Part shown: one piece after another, positions 1 to 8,530 of the stretch
Numbering within the stretch: the stretch's first letter is position 1
Layout: the number at the start of each line of letters is the position of its first letter
Assembly: GCA_964549305.1 (NCBI GenBank)
Contig: CAZJVM010000003.1
Location: 31,380 to 95,379 of the forward strand
Length of the DNA: 64,000 nt
From: an uncultured bacterium
GTDB lineage: Bacteria; Schekmanbacteria; GWA2-38-11; J061
Direction of reading: 5' to 3'
Position numbers and translations under genes: made by a program
The notes under the pieces: generated by a model
Seen by the model: only the letters and a program-made list of their open reading frames with translations
Told to the model about the DNA's origin: nothing
Databases searched by the model: none

Positions 1-1032
1 ATAGGAAGCGTCGATGAATATGAGAAAGGGCGAAAAAAGCGGCAGTATGAGCATTAACGATGAACTGTTGCCGTCAGTGTTTTCTTTTAAAAAGAGATAA
101 AAAAGGAAAACGGCAATTGCGCCAAGCAATGGATTTATCAGCCATGGCACGTTGAAGAGTATTCCCGCAGCAAGAAGCAGTGATGAGCCTGCAAAGTATT
201 TTCCATACCATTTAGCTCCGTCGGTTACTATGAATTCATAATCGAAAAACTTGGGTATGGGGGGAGACTGGGCGTAAAGTTTTCCCGATGCAAACACCTT
301 TGCCTGAAAAAGGTAGGCGACTTCATCCTGTATATGGGGCATTGCGTCAAGGGCGGTAAAAAATATTACAACAGGTATGAAAATATAAAGAATCACGAGA
401 ATAATTTTTATTCCTCTGCCTGAAAGTATTCGCCTGAATGATTCAGAAAGATTGATTTTTCCCGCTGAAAGAGCAGATGCAAGGAAGAGCGAAACCGAAA
501 GGATTGCAAGAATGATTATCCCCTCGTCAACGCGGTTTCTCAAAAAAGTTGATTCGAGTTTTCCTATAAATCTCGCCGAAAGAGCGAATAGCGCTTCTGA
601 AAGAAGAAGAATGATGCAGGGAAAATAGGCGGTTTTTCTCTTGCTCTTCTCTTTTTCGCCTTTCCCGGAAAAAATGACGGATGCCGCGAGAGATATAAAC
701 AAAAATATTATGAAATAGGAAAGGCACAGGGAAATCGGAATGTAGATTTTAAAGAAATAGAGAATCAGGGGTGAGAAAGAAAGAGGCGCTGAAATAAACA
801 ATATGTTCTTGATTTTTAAAATTTCTGAGAGAGAGGAATATACGTTTAAAAACAATGCCGCTATTATTGGATAAAGAAAAACAAGAAGGGAGAATATGAA
901 AGCAGCGGAATGTCCAGGCGGATTCAGCCTTATTTTCTCTGAAATCAAAAAGCTTAAATAGAGGATGGGAATGTTAATTAAAAAAAATATGATTGATCCC
1001 GAAGGCAAAGATATCCGGTTTGTATTTTTCAT
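1..1032 (-). CDS. GT-C fold glycosyltransferase, ArnT/PMT-like (GT83/GT39-like). 3' end lies beyond the window edge. Not in the ORF track because no stop codon occurs inside the window.
   Basis: Manual reverse-complement translation from the ATG at 1032-1030 (MKNTNRISLPSGSIIFFLINIPIL...) stays open to position 1 (>340 codons). It is a multi-TM hydrophobic protein. The first extracytoplasmic loop carries the D-E-x-x-Y motif (ALDAMPHIQDEVAYLFQAKVF) typical of ArnT/PMT polyprenol-P-sugar dependent transferases. The start sits 5 nt after the stop of the upstream rSAM gene. Confidence 0.55.
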   Translation of the reverse strand, partial: MKNTNRISLPSGSIIFFLINIPILYLSFLISEKIRLNPPGHSAAFIFSLLVFLYPIIAALFLNVYSSLSEILKIKNILFISAPLSFSPLILYFFKIYIPISLCLSYFIIFLFISLAASVIFSGKGEKEKSKRKTAYFPCIILLLSEALFALSARFIGKLESTFLRNRVDEGIIILAILSVSLFLASALSAGKINLSESFRRILSGRGIKIILVILYIFIPVVIFFTALDAMPHIQDEVAYLFQAKVFASGKLYAQSPPIPKFFDYEFIVTDGAKWYGKYFAGSSLLLAAGILFNVPWLINPLLGAIAVFLFYLFLKENTDGNSSSLMLILPLFSPFLIFIDASY

Positions 1033-1037
1033 ATTTA

Positions 1038-2150
1038 TCAATACTCCCTCAGACAACACCTGAGGCAGTCATTAAAAAGTCCCTTTTTCTTAATTTTGTT
1101 TCTGAAGTTTTTGTATTGCATTGAATTCCACAATTGATGGAAAGGCGTACTGTTTATATTGCCGAGAGGAAAATGCACGCAGGGACCTATATCACCGGAA
1201 GGCGTTATCATCAATTTTTGCCACGGTGTATAACAGCGTTTTTCAAAAGGATATGAAATATCGTTGTAGTATTCATCAATCCTGTCTTCTGGCACAGAAG
1301 GATAAAAATATACTTTAAGCGGAGATTTGATTCTTTTTATTTCTTTCATCTCTGATATTACCGATTCCGCGGAGATGTCACCCTGAAACACATATCCGAG
1401 TATGTCTATGGACTTGTTATCTTCCTTTTTTATTTCATTGTTCCCTTTCTCTGTAGAAAACATGGGATGTTGAAATGAAAGCGCATCTGCGCCTATCTCC
1501 TCTGCCACGGGAACGACATCCTTTAAATTAGCGTAGTTGAAGGGGGTTATGAGGCAATTCACTCTGATAAGCGGAAAGACCGTATTCATCGATTTCTTTA
1601 TTTCGTTGAGCTTTTTCACACCGTTAATAATCTTCTGGTAAGTGTTGCCCCTGTTGCGGTTATGAATTTCTTCGGGTCCGTCAAGAGATATTACTAACCT
1701 GTCTGTGCCCGCCCTGACGGTTTCTTCGGCGAATTTTTCAAGTAGCGCGCCGTTTGTATTTACAAGAGAGTAAAGTTTGTTTTCCCGAAGAAAGGATAAA
1801 AGCTCTGTTATTCTGCTATATAAGAAAGGTTCTCCGCCTGAAAGATATATTGTCGGAGAAAAATACTTTATATGGGAAAGAAACTGTTTTAGATTATCAA
1901 AATCTAGTTCCTCATTTTGTTTTGACCGGGAAAGTTCATCCGAACTTTTCCCGAATTCGAAACATAGCTTACAGCGAAGATTGCACTTGTATGTAAGGTC
2001 AATTCTTACCGTGTCGGGAAGAAAACTAAAGCCCTTTAGGAGGCGATAATCAAGTTTTGCTTTATCCTTTACGCGCGCAAGAAAACTCCGCAATCCGTAA
2101 CGGGGATTTTTCAAAAGACTTCTGATGCGGTTTTCACTATTATTTGCCAT
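1038..2150 (-). CDS. Radical SAM enzyme with a C-terminal SPASM/twitch-like Cys cluster (anSME-like subfamily).
   Basis: CNLRCKLC (CxxxCxxC) after a 55-aa N-terminal extension. GGEP and ISLDGPEEIHN motifs are present. The C-terminus reads C-x17-C...C-x2-C-C and ends at the last residues. Confidence 0.8.
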   Translation of the reverse strand: MANNSENRIRSLLKNPRYGLRSFLARVKDKAKLDYRLLKGFSFLPDTVRIDLTYKCNLRCKLCFEFGKSSDELSRSKQNEELDFDNLKQFLSHIKYFSPTIYLSGGEPFLYSRITELLSFLRENKLYSLVNTNGALLEKFAEETVRAGTDRLVISLDGPEEIHNRNRGNTYQKIINGVKKLNEIKKSMNTVFPLIRVNCLITPFNYANLKDVVPVAEEIGADALSFQHPMFSTEKGNNEIKKEDNKSIDILGYVFQGDISAESVISEMKEIKRIKSPLKVYFYPSVPEDRIDEYYNDISYPFEKRCYTPWQKLMITPSGDIGPCVHFPLGNINSTPFHQLWNSMQYKNFRNKIKKKGLFNDCLRCCLREY

Positions 2151-2291
2151 GGAAAAATATTCGGCCTTTTTTGTCTGTCTTTACAAAATAGAATATTATA
2201 CCTGTTTTTATTAAGTTAATTAAAAAAAACCTTTTTGTCTGAAATATTTTCGGGAAATTGTGCGGGATAAATATATAAAAACTGAATTTCT

Positions 2292-4256
2292 CTATTTTAT
2301 ATAGCCGAGTGCCTTGAGCTTTTCCTGCATTTCGCTGTCCAATTTTGGCCTGCTTCCCGGTATTACGGTTTTTTGGATATTGATTTTTTTATCCAAAAGA
2401 GCTTTTAACTTTTCCGCTTTTTCTTTTTCACTTGAAATAATATTTAGATTTTCTTCGGGGTCGTTTCTTCTGTTGTACAATTCCGAATCACCCTTTGATG
2501 AGGTTATCAGGGTGTTTTTGGAATTTCTCAGGGAAAAAAGATCCCGTTCGAATTTCAAAATATTTTGCGCATAGAGAGAATCTTCGTATATTTCACTGAG
2601 AGCATATTCCTTTCCCGATTCGACATTTTCACCGGTGGTAAAGAGTTTAAGACTGCGGTCGGGAATGTTGTCTCTATATTCAATTCCCGCGAAATCGAGT
2701 ATAGTTTGATAAATGTCTGTTGACCCCACAATGGAATTCACAGTCAAACCTTTTTGTGTTTTTCCCGTAAAATGAATGATAAGCGGTATATGTGTCTGCT
2801 CTGTATAAAGACTATGTCCGTGATCCCACAGTCCGTGTTCACCAATACTTTCTCCATGATCTGAAGTTACTATTACAAGTGTATTATTCCATAAGCGCAA
2901 CTCTTTCATTTTTTCAAAGAGCACTCCAATATAGTTGTCGAGGAAAAGGATTTCACCATCATAAAGATCGTTCAGATGTTGAAAATATTCCGGTGATATG
3001 TTCAGTTTTCCCGTTACGGAGTCTCTTCTTCCCGCAAGGTCTTTGAATTCCACTCTTTGAGGAAAATCGATTTTATTGTCTGAAAAAATGTTGAACCTGT
3101 CAGGAGGTTCATAAGGCGAATGAACGTCATTGAAGTTTATAAATAGAAAAAATGGTTTGTCCTTTCTTATTTTTTCCAATTTTTTGGTTATCAGAGGTAT
3201 TAACTCATCTGCTTTTCTGTAACCGTTGGGAAAGACGAAGCGTTTGTAGGGTATGTAATTATCGTAACCCTTCTCGAGTATTTTTTTTGAAAGATTTAGG
3301 AATAAAAGAGGTGTTGTATTGTCGATAAATCCTAAACTGTCAACGTTTTCATCAAAGAATGAAAATCCCTGCGTAATTCCGACTTTTTTTGATAACCAGG
3401 CATTACCCGTAAAGCCAATTGTTTCCCATCCTTTTTCAGAAAGAATTTCCGCGATTGTTTGATTCGATTCATCAAGGTAGAGATGTTTGTATGTAGCACC
3501 GTGTGAAGAAGGATACAACCCCGTGAATATGGAAGAATGACTCGGGAAAGTCCACGATGACGCAGAAAAACAATTTGTGAATAAAACTCCCTTTGAGGCG
3601 AGTTTGTCGAGGTTTGGTGATGTTTTCCTTGGATATCCGTAACAGGATAAATGGTCTGCCCTTGCTGTGTCCATTACGATTAAGATTATATTAGGTTTAT
3701 CTGTTGTTCCCGGTGAAGTATCTCCGGTGTCAAAAATTGGTTTAATGAACATGATTATTAAACCTGCAATGATGAAAAGTAATGCAGTTGCGGAAATTAT
3801 TTTTTTATTTTTCCAAAATAAATTTAGTATTTTAGAAAATGCCCAAGACAGTATAACCGTGCAGAGAATGATGCCCGCAAAAACAGCAAGTCTAACAATC
3901 AAGTTTTTTTCAAGAGGATTAATGGATAGTGCAAAAAGTTTTATGTAGAAATAAACAATGAAAATTGCAGGCAGGAAGTTTTTAACATAATTTCTGATAT
4001 TTTTTGGAAATACTTTAAAAATGAGAAGAGAAAAAAAGGTTGATAACATTCCTGCGAAGAACCCGGTAATTCCGTAAAGGATGCCGGCATATGCGATTAA
4101 AGAATTGCCTGTCTGAAGGTTTGGGCTAATTAAAGAATTGCTTTTAGAGAGAAAGTAGAGTGATTCCGTTACTCCCGTTAGAAACGCAGTCAGGAATCCT
4201 GCAAAGCAATATATTATTAAAAAATCAAAATTTACGTATACTGATTTTTGTTTCAT
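2292..4256 (-). CDS. Membrane-anchored sulfatase-fold (alkaline phosphatase superfamily) transferase/hydrolase, with LtaS/EptA/MdoB-like architecture.
   Basis: About five N-terminal TM helices are followed by IILIVMDTARADHLSCYGYPRKTSPNLDKLASKG (the sulfatase N-terminal metal-binding signature). TFPSHSSIFTG sits where sulfatases have C/S-x-P-x-R, so the FGly motif is absent. Confidence 0.7.
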   Translation of the reverse strand: MKQKSVYVNFDFLIIYCFAGFLTAFLTGVTESLYFLSKSNSLISPNLQTGNSLIAYAGILYGITGFFAGMLSTFFSLLIFKVFPKNIRNYVKNFLPAIFIVYFYIKLFALSINPLEKNLIVRLAVFAGIILCTVILSWAFSKILNLFWKNKKIISATALLFIIAGLIIMFIKPIFDTGDTSPGTTDKPNIILIVMDTARADHLSCYGYPRKTSPNLDKLASKGVLFTNCFSASSWTFPSHSSIFTGLYPSSHGATYKHLYLDESNQTIAEILSEKGWETIGFTGNAWLSKKVGITQGFSFFDENVDSLGFIDNTTPLLFLNLSKKILEKGYDNYIPYKRFVFPNGYRKADELIPLITKKLEKIRKDKPFFLFINFNDVHSPYEPPDRFNIFSDNKIDFPQRVEFKDLAGRRDSVTGKLNISPEYFQHLNDLYDGEILFLDNYIGVLFEKMKELRLWNNTLVIVTSDHGESIGEHGLWDHGHSLYTEQTHIPLIIHFTGKTQKGLTVNSIVGSTDIYQTILDFAGIEYRDNIPDRSLKLFTTGENVESGKEYALSEIYEDSLYAQNILKFERDLFSLRNSKNTLITSSKGDSELYNRRNDPEENLNIISSEKEKAEKLKALLDKKINIQKTVIPGSRPKLDSEMQEKLKALGYIK

Positions 4257-4294
4257 AAAGATGAGATCAAAGAGTGATTGAAAACTGATTCAGA

Positions 4295-5677
4295 TTAATT
4301 TATATAACCGAGAGTTTTTAAACGTTGTTCCAGTTTTTTGGCTATATTATCTCTTAGTTTTTGCAGTGATTTGGGAACTTCTTTGCTGTAATCTTTTTCC
4401 ATGTCTTTGTTCCATGAATAATTTTTTTCCCAATTTAGTATTTTTTCTCTAAGATTATTTGACACTTCCGGATTAACCTTAGCGATATTTAAAGATTCAT
4501 TTGGGTCTTCTTTTATATTATAAAGTTCTTCCTTTTCATAAAAATACTCTAATTCTTTAAGAGGTTTTGGATGATAACCTGTGGGATTATAAATATATTT
4601 AAAATTATCTGTTCTTACAGAAACTATTTTATTTTGCCATTCGGAATAGGCATCATTTAATTTAATATCTTTACCTTCAATGAGAGGATACAAACTGGTC
4701 CCTTCAAAATTGCTTTGAGGAGAAATTTCCAACAAGTTTAATATAGTGGGGGCAATATCAATGCTTTCAACTGTTTTATCTATTTTTTTCCCCGATGAAA
4801 TTATTCCGGGCATTTTAAATAACAGGGGAATTTTAAGAGTGCTGTCGTGAATTGAGGCGCCATGTTGAAAATAAAAATTGTGTTGATATAAATCCTCGCC
4901 ATGGTCAGCAGTAAAAACAATTAATGTTTTATCTTCCAGTTTTAATTGCCTGAGAACATTAATCAGTTTTTTAATTTCATTATCAATGCTTGCTATTTCA
5001 CCGTCATATAGTGAAATGATATGGTTTAAATCATTTTTCCGTAGTCCAATTTTATTAAGTGTGATTTTATACAATTGTTCTCTGCTTCCATTTATGTTTC
5101 CTTTATAATCAGGATCAAAGAGAGTTTTGTATGGTTCAGGCGGGTCATATGGGTCATGTGGTGCAATATAGTGTATCCAGAGAAAGATTTTCTTTTTAGA
5201 ATTATTTTTCAGCCACTTGATTGCCATAGTGGTAATTTCATTATCTCTTCCATGTTCCTGATGTTCAAAACCTCTCCACTTTGCATAATAGGAATTTGCC
5301 AAAAATGAAGCGCATGAATATCCGTTATCTCTCAATATTTCAGCCAAACTGATTTTGCCTTCAGCTAACATCATTCCGTTTTCTCTAACCCCATGGGAAA
5401 CGGGGTATAAAGAAGTCATTATTGATGTAAGTGAAGGCCATGTTTGTCCTCTTTGTGCGATTACATTAGTAAATAAGGAACCTTTACTGGCAATTTCGTC
5501 TATTGTGGGGGAAGTGTTTCTTGCATATCCGTAGCAACCCAGATGATCCGGTCTTAAAGTATCAACAGATATAAACACTACATTGTATCCACTTGTTTTT
5601 TGATTATAGAGAGTTAAGGAAATAATAACGAATATTAATAAAAGGACGGGGAAAATAATAATAAATTTTTTTTGCAT
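4295..5677 (-). CDS. Sulfatase-family protein with a signal anchor, paralog of the previous gene.
   Basis: N-terminal hydrophobic signal/anchor, then VVFISVDTLRPDHLGCYGYARNTSPTIDEIASKG. TWPSLTSIMTSLYP occupies the position of the FGly motif. Confidence 0.7.
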   Translation of the reverse strand: MQKKFIIIFPVLLLIFVIISLTLYNQKTSGYNVVFISVDTLRPDHLGCYGYARNTSPTIDEIASKGSLFTNVIAQRGQTWPSLTSIMTSLYPVSHGVRENGMMLAEGKISLAEILRDNGYSCASFLANSYYAKWRGFEHQEHGRDNEITTMAIKWLKNNSKKKIFLWIHYIAPHDPYDPPEPYKTLFDPDYKGNINGSREQLYKITLNKIGLRKNDLNHIISLYDGEIASIDNEIKKLINVLRQLKLEDKTLIVFTADHGEDLYQHNFYFQHGASIHDSTLKIPLLFKMPGIISSGKKIDKTVESIDIAPTILNLLEISPQSNFEGTSLYPLIEGKDIKLNDAYSEWQNKIVSVRTDNFKYIYNPTGYHPKPLKELEYFYEKEELYNIKEDPNESLNIAKVNPEVSNNLREKILNWEKNYSWNKDMEKDYSKEVPKSLQKLRDNIAKKLEQRLKTLGYIN

Positions 5678-5985
5678 TAAACTAACCTGCCGGAGAAAAT
5701 TAAAACGCTATCTATTTTACAAACCAATAATATTATTATCTTTTGTCGCATTAAATTATTACTATAACAATAAACATTGTAAAGCTTATTTAGAAATATC
5801 AGATTTTTATAGAGGTAAAATTTCTTAATAAAAAGAATTATTGAGAAAATCGGTTATTTGCCAAACTCACAAATGTATACTTTAATAAAGTGTACACAGA
5901 AATTTATCGATGATGAATTTTCCGAAAATCAGCTAAGTTGCATTTTATATATTCCTTTAATTAGTGGCAAATATTTTGAGACAAA

Positions 5986-7422
5986 ATGTTATTTAACTCA
6001 ATAGAATTTGCAATATTCCTTCCTGTGGTGTTCATCATCTACTGGTTTATCCTAAAAAAGAATTTTAAAGCTCAAAACTTCTTTCTCCTTGTTTCAAGTT
6101 ACATATTCTACGGATGGTGGGACTGGAGATTTTTATCATTGATAATATTCAGTTCATCTGTGGATTACTTTGTAGGAATTGCGTTGTCGCGTGAGGAGAA
6201 GGAAGCAAAACGGAAACTTTTTTTACTTATCAGCATTTTAGTGAACTTGGGGTTGCTCGGATTTTTTAAATACTGGAATTTTTTCGTGGAGAGTTTTTCC
6301 GAAGCATTTACGCTTTTCGGAAAACATATAGAACCGGACAGACTGAATATCATACTTCCTGTGGGAATAAGTTTTTACACATTTCAAACTCTGAGTTATT
6401 CGATAGACGTCTACAGAAAAAAGTTTCGTCCCACCAAAGATGTTCTGGCATTTTTTGCCTTTGTGAGTTTTTTCCCTCAATTGGTTGCCGGTCCAATAGA
6501 AAGGGCAGTAAATCTTTTGCCGCAATTCTCCAGGGAGCGTAAATTTGATTACGAAAAATCGGTTGACGGAATGCGTCAGATTCTTTGCGGATTGTTTAAA
6601 AAAATCGTTATAGCGGATAATTGCGCAGTTTTAGTCAATGACATTTTTTTAAATTATGACAAATATTCGGGCAGTACTCTTTTGGCAGGTACGGTTTTTT
6701 TCGCTTTTCAGATATATTGCGATTTTTCGGGCTATTCTGACATCGCAATAGGCACGGCAAGATTGTTTGGTTTTCAACTGATGAGAAATTTCGCGTTTCC
6801 CTATTTTTCAAGGGATATTGCTGAATTCTGGCGAAGATGGCATATTTCCCTTTCAACGTGGTTTCGTGATTATGTCTATATCCCCCTCGGAGGTAGCAGG
6901 GGAAGCACTTGGGAAAAAATACGAAATACCTTTGTAATCTTTCTTGTAAGCGGATTCTGGCACGGGGCGAACTGGACATTTATAGTTTGGGGATTTATCA
7001 ATGCCCTATATTTCCTTCCTCTGCTACTTCTTAAACGAAACAGAAAATTCACTGACAATGCGGCGGAAGGGAAAATATTTCCCGGAATCAGGGAATTTTT
7101 TCAGATTTGCTGCACTTTCGGATTAACGGTTGTGGCGTGGATATTTTTTAGAGCGGAAAACATCAGCCAAGCTTTAAGTTATCTGTCTTCAATGTTTTCC
7201 GCTTCTTTATTTTCTCTTCCGAAAATAAAGTCGGGTAATTTAATTATTATTCTTTTGATCTTTATTTTTGTTGAATGGTTTCAGCGAGACAAGCAGCATG
7301 CCCTTCAGTTTGACAATGTAAAAATACCCGCTTTCATTCGCTGGGGCATTTATTATGCGATTATTCTAATGATTTTCGGATTAGGCGGAAATAAGCAGGA
7401 GTTCATCTATTTTCAGTTTTAG
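5986..7422 (+). CDS. MBOAT family membrane-bound O-acyltransferase (AlgI/DltB-like).
   Basis: Multi-TM protein. It carries the conserved WRRWHISLSTWFRDYVYIPLGGSRG block with the catalytic His. Confidence 0.85.
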   Translation: MLFNSIEFAIFLPVVFIIYWFILKKNFKAQNFFLLVSSYIFYGWWDWRFLSLIIFSSSVDYFVGIALSREEKEAKRKLFLLISILVNLGLLGFFKYWNFFVESFSEAFTLFGKHIEPDRLNIILPVGISFYTFQTLSYSIDVYRKKFRPTKDVLAFFAFVSFFPQLVAGPIERAVNLLPQFSRERKFDYEKSVDGMRQILCGLFKKIVIADNCAVLVNDIFLNYDKYSGSTLLAGTVFFAFQIYCDFSGYSDIAIGTARLFGFQLMRNFAFPYFSRDIAEFWRRWHISLSTWFRDYVYIPLGGSRGSTWEKIRNTFVIFLVSGFWHGANWTFIVWGFINALYFLPLLLLKRNRKFTDNAAEGKIFPGIREFFQICCTFGLTVVAWIFFRAENISQALSYLSSMFSASLFSLPKIKSGNLIIILLIFIFVEWFQRDKQHALQFDNVKIPAFIRWGIYYAIILMIFGLGGNKQEFIYFQF

Positions 7423-7427
7423 GAACG

Positions 7428-8312
7428 ATGAAAAAATTTTTAGAGAAAATATCATTATTTGTGCTTATCTATTGCCTCATTATGACTGTCAATTTTCTTT
7501 TAAACTCCTACTTCATTCAAACCAACAGTCCAAAAATAAATGCAGGGACTCTCGTGACAGGTGATTCATATACCGCCCTTGCAATCAATCCTGAAATAAT
7601 GAGAGATTCGGCAAACATCAGCATATTTGCCGAACCGTATATCATCACTTATTTTAAAATGAGAAAAATACTTAAAACGAATTCATTAAGAACAATACTG
7701 ATCGGTTATTCCTATCACAACATTTCCGCATTCAATGATACGAAATTCAAGGACCCCGTCTGGTCACACAGGTTTTTCGAGAAAAGTTATCCCATTTTAT
7801 CTCTTTCGGATTTGGAAGGTCTGGATGTCAATTATCTGGAATATATTAAAGTAATAAACAAATATATGTGTTCATATCCTTCCTCGCGTCATTACAGTTA
7901 TATAGGTTCTTTCCAAAGGGATTTTGACAGGTCTGAAGAATTTAACAGTGAGGAAGCAATCGAGAGACATTTCTTTATTGATAGCGAAAATGCGGGAATA
8001 TCGAAAATCTCGGAAAATTATTTGGATATGCTGTTGGGACTGGCGAATGAACGGAATATAAAGGTAATTCTGCTTTCCACTCCCCTGCATAAATCTTATC
8101 TTGATAAAGTTCCCGTAAATTTCAAGGAAGAATATGATGAATTCAGAAAAAAAATATTGAAAAAATATGCAAATACGGCCTTTTGGGATTACAGCAAATT
8201 GTTTTCGGAAAATAAATATTTTAAAAACACCGACCATTTAAACATCGATGGGGCGAATAAATTTTCACAACTTCTGAGAGAACGCCTCCAGAAAAAAATA
8301 GACTTTAAATAG
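7428..8312 (+). CDS. SGNH/DltD-AlgJ-like partner protein of the MBOAT acyltransferase.
   Basis: N-terminal signal anchor, a GDSYT block and a C-terminal DHLNIDGANKF (D-x-x-H) block. Starts 6 nt after the MBOAT stop. Confidence 0.5.
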   Translation: MKKFLEKISLFVLIYCLIMTVNFLLNSYFIQTNSPKINAGTLVTGDSYTALAINPEIMRDSANISIFAEPYIITYFKMRKILKTNSLRTILIGYSYHNISAFNDTKFKDPVWSHRFFEKSYPILSLSDLEGLDVNYLEYIKVINKYMCSYPSSRHYSYIGSFQRDFDRSEEFNSEEAIERHFFIDSENAGISKISENYLDMLLGLANERNIKVILLSTPLHKSYLDKVPVNFKEEYDEFRKKILKKYANTAFWDYSKLFSENKYFKNTDHLNIDGANKFSQLLRERLQKKIDFK

Positions 8313-8530
8313 CATTAATAAAAAATGCTTTGCGCCGTTATAATTGCTTTCTGTCCGCATATGTTATCTTAAAGGAGTTTTTGAGTTACTTTTGAGTGTG
8401 TTCGATTTACAATAAGAAAATGTTTTCTCCGGGTCTCTGTACCCTTTGTGAGAAATGATTTAGTTTCATTTGTTTTTGAATATTCCTGTCATGCAGGAAG
8501 ATAAAATGATGAACCGGAGGTTTTTCAAAT

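Noticed and set aside
527-727. 66-aa ORF on the minus strand, the only tracked ORF in 1-1037.
   Set aside because: It is an out-of-frame shadow inside the real GT-C gene. A different frame is open from 1032 to 1 and carries the DE-x-x-Y motif.
1038-2291. Search for a RiPP precursor peptide (short Cys/Gly-rich ORF) next to the SPASM-type rSAM genes at 1038, 12010 and 14657.
   Set aside because: The flanking gaps are 5-141 nt and hold no plausible small Cys-rich ORF. The neighbours are glycosyltransferases, a flippase and sulfatase-fold proteins, so a carbohydrate role is favoured. A precursor encoded elsewhere cannot be excluded.
2292-5677. Strict reading of the pair as canonical formylglycine sulfatases with their anSME.
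   Set aside because: Both proteins lack C/S-x-P-x-R (they have T-x-P-S-H/L instead), and the first has an LtaS/EptA-like 5-TM anchor. The relationship is kept only as a hedged finding.
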